This document shows positions 1-14,313 of a stretch of DNA of 64,000 nucleotides, one piece after another. A model generated the notes under the pieces. The model searched no databases. It was not told the origin of the DNA and worked only from the letters and a program-made list of their open reading frames with translations. A program made the translations under genes and the position numbers. This DNA comes from Tubiluchus corallicola. Its lineage: Eukaryota > Animalia > Priapulida. The first letter of the stretch is position 1, and the number at the start of each line of letters is the position of its first letter. The stretch covers positions 496,001 through 560,000 of the forward strand of contig JAQGDQ010000018.1 in assembly GCA_030141605.1 (NCBI GenBank), in the 5' to 3' direction.

Positions 1-345
1 AAATGCCTGTCAACGTTACATGTTATTTTTTGTGGCGGTGGTCAAACTGATACTCTTGCAGCTGCATCTATTCAGTTTCAACTAATTGAAAAAACTCCTT
101 TGAAAATATCGGGCATGTGGCTTAGCATACTTCATCTGGGCATCTGGTAAAATTTGATCTTATGCTTTCACACTCTTTGTCTTTCCTCATTTTTCACCAA
201 ATACTTTGCAATACTTTGCATTGCATTTTTTGACCCACATACCAAATATTTTCAAAACTTTCAGCTTATCACACTAATCGCTTATTAATAAGGTAAAATT
301 TGCTTTTTCACGTCTATTTTATATCAACACTATTTTGTGTACGTT

Positions 346-480
<135 letters not shown>

Positions 481-3400
481 TTTTCTGCAAAATTACATTA
501 CTTGATTAACAATCAAACTTTTTGTCACCATACTATTAGCTAAATGTATACATAGATATATGACAAATATTTATTCAGATTCGCTGTAATACAATGAATT
601 TAATTTCATCACTAAGCCTTCGGCGGTCGGTGTATTAGTTTGTCTCCGCTTTGCATTTAGTACATTTCGCTCTTCTTCTCCTTTAGCCTACAAAGTGAAA
701 CTTCTTCAACCACGTATTCTGAAACGTACTTTCCGTATATAAATGCAATTCGTTCACACTGCACACTCTAACTTGCCTGAATCAAACTTGTAACTCTCAT
801 CGGCTGAGGGCATAAGTACATTTCCATTTCATGGCTATAACGTCTTTTATGTAAAAGTTTGCTTGTTTCAAAAATTAAAATTAGCGAACAATGAAAACTG
901 GAATTTTTTAAATTGTTATTATATTTAAACAAACGCTAAACAATACGTCGCTACATTCCCATGACAATTTTCTTGTCAATTTGCTTGCGTTTCCAAAGTT
1001 CCCAACTGCCAAACTTGCATGGGAACCTCATAAGGTTTGTACCAGAAGTGGTACTTATCAGCTGGGAACGGTAATTTGAGAAAAAATGTTAATTGCCCTA
1101 TTCGACATTTACAATGGTGAGAGTGAGATTTCAGTCATAGCCCAATAGAGACTTGCATTTAGAAAGAGTTAAGAATCCTTCGAGTTAGTGACTAGTACTA
1201 ACTCATAGATTGTGGTCAAGTGTTGCTGCTAAGGTGCTTAGCTGAGAAAAGCCCCAGGACATGCATGGTTACTTTGAGGGGAGTTGCAAAAATACATTTT
1301 TGGAACATTTACGCCCAAAAATATCTAAATAATAAGACATTTCAATTTTTTCCATTAAAATAGGCAGTCCACTAAACTGCAAAAATCATAGACCATTATA
1401 ACTTGAATCAAATCTTGCTATTTTTCGCTAAAATCCTATTTGTGACTTAATCTATTTGAAGGTGCGGTCTCCACATACCAGACTTCTCGGGTTTAAACTA
1501 CAATTATCACCCTGGGGCCACGGAAATGTTTACAAAAGACGGCGGACATTTTTCACGCCATAAATCTCCTTTCAACTTTCATTTCTTAATGAAGGAATAA
1601 TCCTCCCGCTGAGTTTATGCAACCGCGTGGCCGATAACGGTCGCTTGGTGCCTGTCAAAATTTCTTTGAATATAGATTTTGAAATTTATAATAAGACGCC
1701 GTGGTGAAAGGCCCACACGTCTAGTATTTTTTTGTTAATATACTATTCGCTCTTGAAAACGGATAACTTGGAGTCATTGTTATTCACATAATTACTGTGC
1801 TATAATGCAGCCTACAATTTATGCAACTTTTTGTGTTTTTAAATTTGATTATACATATCAAAGTACGAGTAAGTAATGCAAAAAGTTACATGGCTGGGCC
1901 TAATTAGTTTATATGAAATAAATAGTTATAAAAATAGAAACCGGGCTAGAGTGGTTGTGTTACTGGTTCTGTGTTCATACTATAAAACATTTCTAACTTA
2001 AAGCAAAACCCGATCGTAAACTGTAGATCAAAACAATCTACTTTTTAAAATATTGAACGTGAACATACTATTTTTAAAAAATGACTTATGTGAGAGAATT
2101 AGTACCGTGCAAAAGTAATTCGTGTTCCCACGGCTAGTTCTTCGCTGTTACATGCATTTCACCATTCGTTAGCTAGACCGGGCACTAGCGCCTGCATTTC
2201 GGAAACGCGTTGCATAAAAAGATGTTCGTTTCTGATGTAGTACACACGTTCGAAAGTGCATGCGTAGCACAGCGGTAAATTTGAAATTTGAATTTTTGTC
2301 TTAAAATTTGCCGACTTTTTGTATATCACACTGAAACTTGTACAGTAGCACTGTGGCTAATTTTGCAAACACGCGCAACACGCTCATGGAATGTTTGTTC
2401 TGTTGAAAATTATTTTCGTTTGTGACATCATCACTAGCTGGGCTGGTCCCCGTTACTTAAGTTAATCTATCATTTCATTATCTTAAACACCGTGGAGTTA
2501 TTATAATTGTTAAAATGTATACATTTTACCCTACTTCAAAGTGGAGTAGGATATGAAAAATTGTTGTGTTTTGATTTAATAACCTTTGAGGAAAGATAAA
2601 GGCTGAGTGGTCATGGTGCCTGATTGGCTGCGAAAACCGGCAGTATCCGGCATAGTTAGTAAATGGAAAGATAATCGCTGCTTCTAGGCGGTTTCATCAC
2701 CATCGACTATTTCTCTTGCTTAGGGAATATGCAAACACAACCAAAAGTGACAAAGATACTTCTCCTCATCCGGACTATAATCAAGTTAGGTTCCGGTTCC
2801 AACCATAGCCATTCAACATTATTTATAGGCCATGCTGTTGCATACTGGATTCTGGCCTGTAGTGTATTAGTAAATGCTGAACTTGGACATATAACTATTT
2901 TCGTTATTCTGTGCCCTGTTGAAATGGGTTGTGCAGAAATGGTTCACAGGTCTATTGCCTATAATGGCGTGTAGAATTACGTACAATAATAGCGCAATTT
3001 CCTAGCTCGCTTTTACTTGAGTAAACGTTGCGGTTGTATAATCACGACAAAAAGCGTTGGCATTTTCACCTCACAATGCTGGCATTCCCCTGTCATTTTG
3101 TTGTCAATGTAGGCAGAACCAGTGAATATAATTTTCTTTTCTAGTTTATTTCTTTTTAACGCCTCTGAGGCGTGCGAGGAATTTATTAAATTCACACACA
3201 GTGTTGTTGCGTATTGTCTGCGTACGCCGCGCTTGCGTTTCTACAGCAACGAAACCGACAGTATCAAGTATTCTGTAGAAAAAAAGACAGCTGCCATTTT
3301 TATTTCACTGACCACAAGGCGAAAAAGAAAAGATTGCGTTTTATGCGGTTTTTGTTAGGAAACAACTATAAACTCGTTTGTGTTTTAGAGCTACTATATT

Positions 3401-3949
3401 TGAGTTCTCTGAGTTTTCTCCAAGGGTATCTCGATTTTGTTCAAACACATGGTTGGTAAAGGTTAGCTTGGTTGGTAAAAGCAGCTGTGTTCTTGCACGC
3501 TCATTTGTAATGGCGTTACTTTAAGATCCAATAAAAGCAATTGAAATTCAAATTAGCATTGTTAAAGATTTCGGCGTGGGCAGGGGGACTATGCAAACCT
3601 AAAATACTTGAATTTATATGCGACACAACTAATGCAACTATACTTTTTGTAAAAATGGTCCATAATCTAGGCCTTTATATTTTGTAATGTTTGTGGTGAC
3701 ACGTGAAGAACTTTTAAAGACAACACCGATTTCTTAGTTTGAAAACCTTGGGTTTCTTATTTTACTTGTTTACCACGTGGTATTTCCAGCTGCCAAGTTC
3801 GACTGAGTGGCAGGCTTGTCACAACTCAATCACCCTAGGGGTCGCCCGGGCCAGATAGGATATTTTTCTTGAAACTTAACTCCTAAATTGCGCAGATTCG
3901 CTTAATCTGAGTTTCCGTCAAACTGTTTCACAGCGTAAGCACGCACACT

Positions 3950-4095
3950 CAGTGTCTTTGTCCATGGCGCTAGTCTATTATCTATGACGTGATTTATAGC
4001 TATCCTCACTTCCGGCACGCGAGCGCGGCGGAAACAATACCGGTTTTCACTGCAGAAAAACTAGGCTTTGCGTCAGATACAAATTTATCAAATGG
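3950..4095. promoter_or_regulatory. CpG-rich putative core promoter (CRE-like, ETS, E2F-like motifs), possibly of the RA-domain gene
   Basis: Local CpG enrichment in an AT-rich background, with TGACGTGA (~3985), CACTTCCGG (ETS/GABP, ~4007-4015), GCGCGGCGGAAA (E2F-like) and TGCGTCA clustered within ~100 bp. The assignment to a gene is inference. Confidence 0.4.
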
Positions 4096-6607
4096 TAGAT
4101 ACAAAGAAAGTGTGTAATGTAAAACACTCTGTTTTAAGCGTTTCACTCATTTAAGCGTATTGAATGCAGATTATTTGACGCTTACCTTCTGTTGAATAGG
4201 CATGTCAACCTGTTTTTGGTAGTTAGTATAAATTGCCATCAACTTTATCCAAAAATGTTTATATTGTTACTGATATTATAATGAAATAATAAAAGTGCGC
4301 TACTTATTGTTTTTATAAAGATTCGCTGGGCAAAAGTATGAACTAAACTTTTACTCCTCATCGCAGCCAAAAAGGTGGAATGCATGTGCACTGAAAGTTA
4401 GCTTTGTTATGTTATGTTAAGCAATGTAATAGGAGTCTACTATGCCTGCTTTCCATATAAAGTTATCCCTAAATCCTCTGTTACCAGATGTTAGATAAAG
4501 AATGATTGTGTTTCGATTCTTTCTTCCATAATCTGTCTGTCGTCAAAAAGATTGATGTTACATACTGTTTCCAGATGTTATCAAAATTTTGAAGGATCTT
4601 TTCCACGTGTCTTGGTCACAGCGACTCATTTACTCGGTAAGCCTGTCTGTCAAGTGTCAACTCTAAGAATCACTGGCTCAAGATGCTGCAACTCTCCTTC
4701 CTTTGCTTGATAATTAGTTTGAAGATTCATTTCTCTTTCAATCATTGATTATCACCGCACGCACTGTTAATAAACTCGCTAACATCTAGCATTTTTACGC
4801 GTAGCTTACGTACTGTACATGTGAGTATCACTAAACTAGAAAAAAAGCAGTGTTTGTATATTAGACACTCAGAGAGTTATTACTCTTATCAAAACATACA
4901 TAGAAACGAAGTTCTAACGAAATTTTTTCTACAGGTCGCTACATGGTATCAGCTCTGCCCGAGTTCCTCTTTTAAGGATTTGAGTGTAACTTGGAATAAA
5001 CATAGTATTGACGCAAATATGATCTAGTACGCATTGAAATTACTTTTCCATTTGAGCATGTTGGCATTGCTCTCTGGTGCATAATATTGCTTGCTACTAG
5101 TCTATCTGCTGGTCCAGTCAGATGGATACTGCGCTGTAAACGATCCAGTGTTTTCTTCTTTCACGTTTAGTAGTCTCTGGCTGCATGAAACAAAAACATT
5201 TCTCATTCCTTTTTTTCTTCTATCCTACAGTTTCATCGCCGTGGTTCGTCATCACTTACCTTGCCCAGGTTCGAGTGCTTTAAAGAACAAGGAAAGGGGA
5301 GTGTTAAGTAAGTTTAAGAAAGCTTGCGTTAAAAAAATATATTACCTAAGTATGATCTTATGCGAATAAAGTACTCACGTTTTCATGTCTACTCCAATTG
5401 TGTCGCGGGAGATTTGAAATGAAAGCAAACAGGTATTTCTTTTAGCGTGAATGTGATATGCGTGAATGCGATATACGCTTAAGATTGCTATAAACTAATA
5501 TAATTATTTAAGGCGCCTTTTCCGAACCTATTTTACGGACCCATTTTCTTGTCCTTTAAGATACTGTGACTGTTTGCTATTGTTATCTTTGTTTAAAAAA
5601 TTCGAACTTGACTATAGTTTTGAGCTGAGTGAAATATTACGATTATGCTTAGTCAGCGTCCACAGATTTTTTTATTGCACGTGGCATTTACAGTTTGTTC
5701 ATAAGCATAACTCAAAGGTACTATTCAAGACTCGTGCTTTAATATACGTAAGACCCGCATCAAAGTGGCGACCATGTGCTTTTTATAAGGACCAGTGATA
5801 GTTACAAAACCGTAGCGTAATCGAAAACGGTGCGACCGGCAGTTATTTTCCAGTAAAATGAGAAACTTTTCATTACATTGAAAACCTTTGATCTCTTTTG
5901 TTGTTAACTGATGTGAAATGTGTTGGGCTAAGATTACCAACAAATAGTCGCATATATAACCACTTCGAGACGTTAGTATTGCCAATCATTTCATTTAATT
6001 CAAAAGCACGGTTGGCGAAAAAGCATGATCTATTTGACAATACAACGACACCAAAACCACAACAGGTCAGTTAAAAGGCACAAAATTGATAAAATTGCAG
6101 CAGCAAAATTAGAGAATGTTAGATAATAAGCGGCTCTAATATAGTCTAGATAAACTATGAGAAAATGTTAAAGTTATTCATGAGTATGATATACAAATCA
6201 TGTAAATCTCTGTAATTGATCTTGCAAACAGACACTTTTTATTTCCTATTTGCACGCTGACATGGCGAAGAGGATCGGGCGTAGCCACGGTAATTTTGAT
6301 AAGCCAAAATCTCTTGGGCGTTTTTAATAAAAGAAGAATATCTCAAATAAAAGTAATTATTAGTTTAAAAAACTAAAAACATTTCATGAAAACGAACAGT
6401 TGTAGTGGTAAGCTTGTATTATGTACTTGCTAATACTTCTACAGTTTTCTTGTAAGTAAAATTTTACTGTTCTTCTTAAGGAAAGAGGCTAGCTGACTGT
6501 GTGATGGGCTGCCTACCATCTAAAAAAAGTAAAGCATTTTTTTATTGATTTATTGATTTTCCTCTCCCTCCCTCTCTTAGAGAGAAAGATATGGGGAGGG
6601 AGGAAGG

Positions 6608-6688
6608 GAGAGAGACAGACACACGCATGCATGCGCACACACGCACACACGCACGCACGCGCGCACGCACACACACACACACACACAG
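6608..6688. repeat. compound (GA)n/(CA)n/(CACG)n microsatellite
   Basis: gagagagacagacacacgcatgc...cacacacacacacaca. Confidence 0.9.
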
Positions 6689-8193
6689 ATCCTTCTTTTC
6701 CTTTTGTTAAAGGTTCTGCCATTCGTTTCTTGGTCGTTTTACTCCAATGCGAGGTGACGGATTTGGCACATTAAAAACTGCACCCATTTACGTGCCCTGC
6801 AATGAATCTATATAATTACACATATATTATATTGTAGGTTTGTATATAAATAATGCGCACACGCACGCACACAAGTAATTGCATACGGTGCTCCATAAAC
6901 AAATCATCAATACAGTAGTAGAGATGAGCAGGACTGAACTGCCAGCCTAGGGCATTGTAACGTCTTGATACACCCATGCACACACACTCATATACAGGTA
7001 TGATGTATGCGTTATTACATATAGAATTCTATAAAGCTGAGCCTATTATATTTAACAATATAAATTGATTGCCCTTAGCACCTAGGCCTATATAAAATCA
7101 ATTAATTTAAGCCCATCAATAAATAAATTATTTATCAAGACTTGTCTGTGGATTTAGCCACAGGTGTTTTATTAGTACACTTATACAAGTACATTTTTAC
7201 ACATAAACAAACTGTATTTAATGAACCTTTATTTTGACGTAAGCCTAACTGAATCTTAAAGAATTACGCTAAATATAAATGACGTCTACACATGTTACAT
7301 AAGGTGTTATGACCCGCCTGCAGATTCTAATTTATGCGCCAGGTTGGCTTCTCACCTGAATTCTGTAGCTTGATTTTAACCTATTAGTATATTAGTTATT
7401 TTGATATTATTTTTGATATTGGTTGCTTGTTGTAGTAGAAATTTATTGATTTTTGGCCAATAGAGCCGATCAAACAACAAACACCTATACAACACGATTT
7501 TACATACAAATGCGAACAAACTTAGCTACAGCACATTGAATAGTGACATCACGAGATTGAGTCAAACAAGTTAGTCTGTCATCAATATTTAAAAAGTAAT
7601 GTCTGGAAGAGGTGGAAGTAATGCCGGCTGCTTAGGATGACAGCTCTGAGGTTTCGTTTTGTTATTTTTTGTTCACTTACAATAAAAAAGAGGAGTAATG
7701 CCGTAAATGCATCTCCGTTTGTTCAAGCTGCTGTAAATCGCCAAAGACAGATGTAGGCTTTGCAGTCTTTGATTAGTGTACAAATATTTAACTTGTAACA
7801 AAAGTTACAAAACTGCGTTATGATTAGGAATTTGTTATAATTACCTGGCTACATCCTCGGGCAATTTAAGAAGATATTTTTATTTGTGTTTTTGCAACTC
7901 ACTGCTGAGCAAGTTATGAGCACCTGTCGACTGGCCTGGCTTTAATGGTCTCGTCGATTCATCTGTTACAGTACACACCGGTGCGCAAATAGCTTACGTT
8001 ATAGCATACCTGACAACAACAAACCGTATTGCTGTGCCGCTAGTGCGACAAGAACTGCGCGAACTGCTGCGCAGTAGGGCTTTTGCTTGTACTACGGTGT
8101 TTGGAGCAAATAAGGAAGGGAATTAAAATATTAAGTTAAATTGCTCGTGATTTCCCTTATTGCCCACAGTTGAATAAATGTATCAGTAAAATT

Positions 8194-8559
8194 AAACTAC
8201 AGGAACATTCTAGTAATAAAATGGCCAAACAATATACCAAACCAGGATCTGTACAATAAAGTCAAAGCAGAGGAATGGACAATTAAAATCAAAAGGAGAA
8301 GATGAAGATGGATAGGACATATTATACGACTACCAGATGACTGTCCATTAAAGTTAGCTTTCAAAGAAGCACTGCAGAAAGAAAAGAAACCGCAAGGAGG
8401 ATAGCTTCTGACTTATATCAATTTCATCCAAAAAGATCTTATCGACATACCATTAGATATCAAAAATGCAGAGACGTGGAAAATTGCTGGTGACAGGGCA
8501 GCATGGAGTAAACTGATCAGCAAGGTCATGTTGAACGACGTGTGACTCCAGAGATGATG
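8194..8559 (+). mobile_element. 5'-truncated RTE-clade non-LTR retrotransposon (3' end) with target-site duplication
   Basis: Translates YRNILVIKWPNNIPNQDLYNKVKAEEWTIKIKRRR*RWIGHIIRLPDDCP...KKPQGG*...AGDRAAWSKLI, a typical RTE ORF C-terminus with in-frame stops. Ends in a (GAT)n tail and is flanked by the 9-bp direct repeat AGTAAAATT (8185-8193 and 8560-8568). Confidence 0.85.
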
Positions 8560-11298
8560 AGTAAAATTGCACCAGTAAAATGTTTATTGCTTTAAATAAA
8601 TAAATTTACATGTACTTGGTCGGCATGCTTGCTTATGCGTTTACCATTGTGCGGCTTTTATATTTGACTTTGTTGGAAAAGAAAGAAAAAAATCTTTCTT
8701 TTTCAAAGGAGAGGGACAATGGACTGAAATATATAGGAAATAATTTTTGAGTTCACGCTACGAAAAAAAACGATTTAAAACATGGCTTGCTGAATTACCG
8801 CTTTCTGATAACCATCATCAGCTTTGTCTGGCGAGACCATAACAACAATTTGCCTGATCTACATGCTTTATAATGTTACCGGAACTGGGAAAAGAAGTTA
8901 AGTCGAATTGCTATAATTCACTTCTCTAGTGCAAACGTAACTATATAGCTAGAGACCTAATGCAGGGTAAGCGCAAAGTCATGGAAAATCGTATCTCGAC
9001 GACCATGCCCGGTTAGAAACATGTTTGTTGTAGCATTGTAGAGACGAACTCGTGGATTTTCTTTCACGAATATTGTACAGGCATTAACCTATAGGCGGCA
9101 TTGCAATCACTAATATCAAAATGTAGTAATTATTACTATCACTATTAGCGATCTAATGCATAAAAAGCTTCTTTTTTTACGGAGACCATCGTTCTACAAA
9201 TGTTTACCTGGAAATGTTACGGCGTTACGTTGCACCTTACAGTTACAAGATTGTCAGTCATAGGTCATATTTGCTGCATACTTGCTTATGTAGTTGATTT
9301 TGATGAGTTTCGCAATGTTTTAATTAGCCTCAAGATCATCTAGATTATCATCTCATGATTTGTTAGTTAAAAAAGGCACGTGGGCTCGTGTCCCTAGTGA
9401 TAAGACAGTGTGCACATTTGGTAAAGTAAGTGTTCAAAGCAAAGAGGATACGTTCTTTGTTATTGCCCATTTACAGCATGTGTTAGAACGAAATGTAGCA
9501 CTGAATATAATTTTAGTATTTGCATGTGTAAGGTAACTGTTTGAAGCAGACACTAAGGCGTTACGCCTATTCGTTTGATTGTTTTTCTGTTATTAATGGA
9601 AGACGGTAACGAATAATACCTTCTTAAAATATAAATTAAGCTCTGATTATGACATTCGTTTATGAGAGGTGCGGATTTTTATTGTATATTATCCGTGTGT
9701 GGACAGTCCACACTCCATCCATATTATCCATATTTTTCCTTTTTTTATGATTTACTTTGTAATTTTGGTAATTGTCAGTAAATTTAAACAAAATAATAAT
9801 ATTGTACAATCATACTGCAATATGGATTTCATTTATCAGGACACCCTGCGAGATGGGATAGGTGTGACTTCTAAATAATGGTCACTCTATAATATTTCTG
9901 CCGCTCCAGCTCAGATTTCTTTGGGTCTCAGATTTTTATACAGATCTTCCCAAACAAAAGACGTAGCAAGTGGGACGAAGCAAACTGCGAAAAAATAAAA
10001 ATATGAATACAGATCCAGGGCAGCAGAGAGAATATTATGGTATAATTTGGTAGTGATGGGAAACATCTGGTGATATTTTTCTGGAAGTAATATTGTAATA
10101 TGTATATTTCCACTTCAGACAAAATTCTGTTACAAAATTTATCCAAAATACACTCAATTTCTACACAGTAACACAGAAACAAATGTGGTTAGAGTTAACT
10201 AAGAAATAATTTTCTGGTAATGAATTCCGTGGGTTTAGAGACTCGAGGGAAAACTGCTAGAGGTCAAAAAACGTGGGCACCTGCACCATCAAGAACGTAT
10301 ACTTTAGATTACTTTATCTTTGCGTCCTTACGTCATCCTAATTTTTGTATCCTAATTTGACTGCAAGTAACTTAGCAAGTGCCTATTTATAAACGCTTTC
10401 ATTTTCTGAAGTGAAGTACATACAAAGAAATAATATACACTTGATCGTTGTATTTATTTACGTACCCCCATTCTTGGTAGGCTATTTGCACGGATTGCTG
10501 AAGCAACTGTTTTGACTACACACTTGCATGTTTCAAAATTTGCTGCTGAGCTTTTGTACATAAATACCCGTTGAGAAAACAAGCATAGTTTCATTGGATG
10601 CATGCGTCTGTCGTTGTAACTCATTTAAAGAAAATGTCTGGTAAAAGTTAGTGAACAATGTTTCCTCGAAGTTTGGGAATCCAAACAAGTAATAGTTTCG
10701 GATCTAAAAACGAATGTTTGCTACGGGAAAGGAAAAACGTGTTTCATTTGTGAGAAAAATTTTCCTGTCAGTAATTCCCAGTATGAGGAAAATAAATTAG
10801 CAAATCAACTAATCGGTTACTCAGATTTCAGAAGGAAGTTGTGAGATTATTATTATTATATGTTCAAGTGAACGAGATTTTCCAAGCTATCAGACTTTAT
10901 TCTTATTTATTGATTTCATTTTGTCTCAGTGCCTTTATCGCTAATGTTTTTGCGTATTATATACGCGTATCATCTACTTATATTTAACATCGAAAATATC
11001 TTAAATAGCAACTATTAACTTTTCGTTTCTGATATGATAATTATTAGCCAAACAATTTATTCAAACCAGGTGTTTTTTCCTTCAATTAGTAGTCTTTTAA
11101 TGAGGTCAGAAGAAACAGTGTTTGCTACCACCCTAATGATTGTTTGATTGTGTGTTTCAAACTTCAAACAAACCATCAGTTATCGGTGGTGAAGGACAAT
11201 GAATGGAGTAAATAAGATGCTTAGTAACACTTGACATTGACAAAATGCATACTTGGCATTCACTTGTGTCATTTTGTGTTTTCTGTTGTTGATTGCAG

Positions 11299-13607
11299 GG
11301 TCTAGTTAAAGTATACGCACGGGTTGTGTGCCCAGATATCGAGTATAAGATGTTTCGGATATCATCCAACATGACTTGTCGGAACCTCATCGAACTTGTT
11401 CTTAAAAAGTGCAAAGTCAAAAACAAGGATCCGAATTTATTCTTTGTTACTATGGAAGTTGCAGTCAGGAAGCGAGGTAATTAAATTTTGCTTTCGTATA
11501 AGACTGAGTATGTAGTAACATATCCTCCAACATTGATTATTGGTTACATACTTATTGCTTGTAACAGTATTGCAGTCCGAATTTATAAACATGTATCACC
11601 ACCTGGTGTGTATTTGGATAACTAACGTGAAGGATATGGGTCTTAAAAATAAATACAGTATTGCACTAAGTACTGTTACTGGCAATTTCTTGCCTCTACA
11701 AGTAGCCCTAGTTCTAATAGGCCTAATGTGTAATTGTATGTCTAATCTAATTGTATGTTTCGTTTTAGGGATACCATTGAAGAGCATGCTTATATTAGAA
11801 GATGATGCTCATCCACTGGTTCTACAGAGCTGTCAAGGCACTGGCGGTTCAAAATTTTTCCTAAACATGAAACGAGGTGGTCTTGTCAAGATTCACGTGG
11901 GAAATCTCATACGTGGCGTAAGTTCACATAGTTATTTGAATTTTTAAACCATTAGCCTGCATGATAATTATTACATAACCTTTAATTGTCCAGATGCACT
12001 GATTTTCAACAGTAGTGCAGTTGTTGCTAGCTTTTGTAGCTTCAATGCTGCATTTGGCCGAATTGAATACTACTGATTAAATTTATTGCAAGAAGAGTAG
12101 TGATTATATGCAAATCATCTGTCATTTGAGCCATGCATTCTACTTTAATAAACTGCTCCAGTGATCTGAACTAACTCTTTTTCATGAACTAATTTTGCTG
12201 TAATAATAATTAGGTCTAAATACGATAAGAAACACAATACTTACCTGTTGATTCTAAGTGCCTAGCTTTGGCATTGTTTTAACCTTCTTTTAGTATTACC
12301 AACTCAGCAACACAGAAGAATTAAAGTTTCTAGTTTTCATTACATTCTGAAGGTATCTGTACTCCACATACCTAATTAAATAGCCATATAATATACTGTC
12401 ATAGTGTTATAATTATGTTCTATAGTTGTAAATTTTCCAGCCAAAACGCAATTAATTTTGTAATTTTATATTTCAGTTGTATTACAAGAGTCTGTTGATT
12501 TCACAAACCACGACGTGTCGGGAAGTTGTTCGTCTACTGCTTCAGTGCTACAAGCTTGAGGAAGACACAGACAAATTTTCACTGAGAGAAGTTTGCCGAA
12601 ATCCTGATAATTTTTGTAAGTACAAATTTGACATTGTGGATAAGAATTCGAAGTTTAGGCTAATGCTTTACATTTTTGCATAAGTTCACCCACATTTGTT
12701 AAAATTATTGTAACTTGGGATTACTTTTAGCATGATAGGGTAAGGGGTAACTACTAATACAACTTTTCATTTAGTTAATTTGCCTAGTGGCTCCATCTAT
12801 GCTCAGCCTTCATAATATTAAAGTATATTAATACAAAAAGCTTGCGATGTATGCATAGAATAAAGACTCATTTTTATTAATCAACTATGAAATTATTGGA
12901 AAGTCATAATTGGCTTTCATGTCAGTCATTTAAATTATATTTCTAGATGAAAAGAAGCTATTAGCAGATGACTGCCCTTTATTTATTCAAGAATATTGGA
13001 GTGACCCAAAACAGTATGCATTTGTTCTGCGCAGGGAACCGATGGTGAGAAAACGACGAGTGAGTAGACCTGCCCACTTTTTTACTTGGAAATAACACTT
13101 ACATGCAAGCATAGTCGTAGTAATTATTAATTTGTTTATTCTGAAGCAATGACAATTTCTATTTTATACAATTCGGTACCCTGTAAGTTGGGATTCAGCA
13201 CTTAATGGTACAGCATACCAACAATGTGGATGTTATGAGGGGACTGGAATCTGCTTCATTATCAAGGGTAACTGATTGTGGCAACTGGCAGAGGTGTCTT
13301 AAATATGTGTGAATGTGGTTTTACAAGTTTTAGAACTTTTTTTAGGTGTGTTTAAACTTTCCTAAGTAATTCGAATAGTAGAATTTTAAATTTTCCTAAG
13401 TAACTAAGTAGAATACCTAGCTTAATTTATTTTTCTTTGTTTTCTTTGCAGAAAAGAAACAGAGCTCAGAGTTTGGTGGTAACAGATGATAGTCTCATGG
13501 GATCAGACAACTATGTTGTAAATTTATTAGTTGGTTGCATGGACAATGAATTAAATTTGCACGAACTGAACACGGGAACTCAGCGAAACACGTGTTATTT
13601 TGTGTAG
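11299..13607 (+). CDS. Tandem Ras-association (RA) domain adaptor protein, Drosophila rau-like (5' coding exon(s) not resolved)
   Basis: Phase-compatible GT-AG exons 11299-11476, 11769-11917, 12477-12615, 12947-13059, 13452-13607. They give two RA-like repeats (GLVKVYARVVCPDIEYKMFRISSNMTCRNLIELVLKK...LEDDAHPLVLQ and GLVKIHVGNLIRGLYYKSLLISQTTTCREVVRLLLQ...LADDCPLFIQEYW...FVLR) and end in ...RNTCYFV*, a hydrophobic PDZ-ligand-type C-terminus. Confidence 0.8.
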
Positions 13608-13855
13608 TGATGTCATTGTGAAAGCATTTCTTAGCGCTTTCAAAAGTGCATTTATAATGGAAATTGTAAATATTGGATTTATGGACACCTAAAGCACTCA
13701 GGCAGTGCTGTCATAGCTTCTGCTCTCCTTGAAAAGACTGTTTATTAAGACAGTAGAAACACTTCAAGAAAGAACATTATTGTAATTATATGGTTTGTCT
13801 ATTTCTTTAGCATGCTCTTTTAAGTCTTAATTCAGAAACTATTTCTTTTTTAATA

Positions 13856-14313
13856 CAGTGATACCTCGAAATAAGAAATTAATTTGTTCCGGAGGGGCTT
13901 TCGTATCTTAGAACTTTCGTATTACGAGACAAGATTTATTACGATTTATTATTTATAAATGGCGTAATTCATTCCAGCCCTCCCTCAAAAAAACAGTCGT
14001 ACAAAGTGTAAATATTGTACCAATCCGAAAGAAATACATAAATGTTAAAGAACAATGAGAAAATAATAAAATCAATGAAAAATAATAGTAATTGTTGTTA
14101 CGAATAATGACACTTTACCTTTCGAAGCGTTCATGCGTTGTGCATGAACGTGATGCTACGAACTGCGTTCTGGGAGGACCGCTGTCGGGCGGCACTTTCA
14201 ATTTTCATTTTCGTATCTTGAATATTTTTTCGTTAAATGGAAATTTCTTCGAAGCCTGATTCATATTCTGAATTTTTTGTATAATAGGGTTTTCGTAAGT
14301 CGAGGTTCCACTG
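13856..14313. mobile_element. Tc1/mariner-superfamily (pogo/Tigger-type) MITE in the 3' region of the RA gene
   Basis: TA|CAGTGATACCTCGAAATAAGAAA ... TTTTCGTAAGTCGAGGTTCCACTG|TA: imperfect terminal inverted repeats beginning CAGTG, TA target duplication, no ORF. Confidence 0.85.

Noticed and set aside
6513-6774. CV-/HT-repeat ORFs on both strands
   Set aside because: Translation of the (CA)n microsatellite.
7599-7640. ATG TCT GGA AGA GGT (MSGRG, histone H4/H2A-like start)
   Set aside because: Stops after 13 codons with no histone fold; chance similarity.
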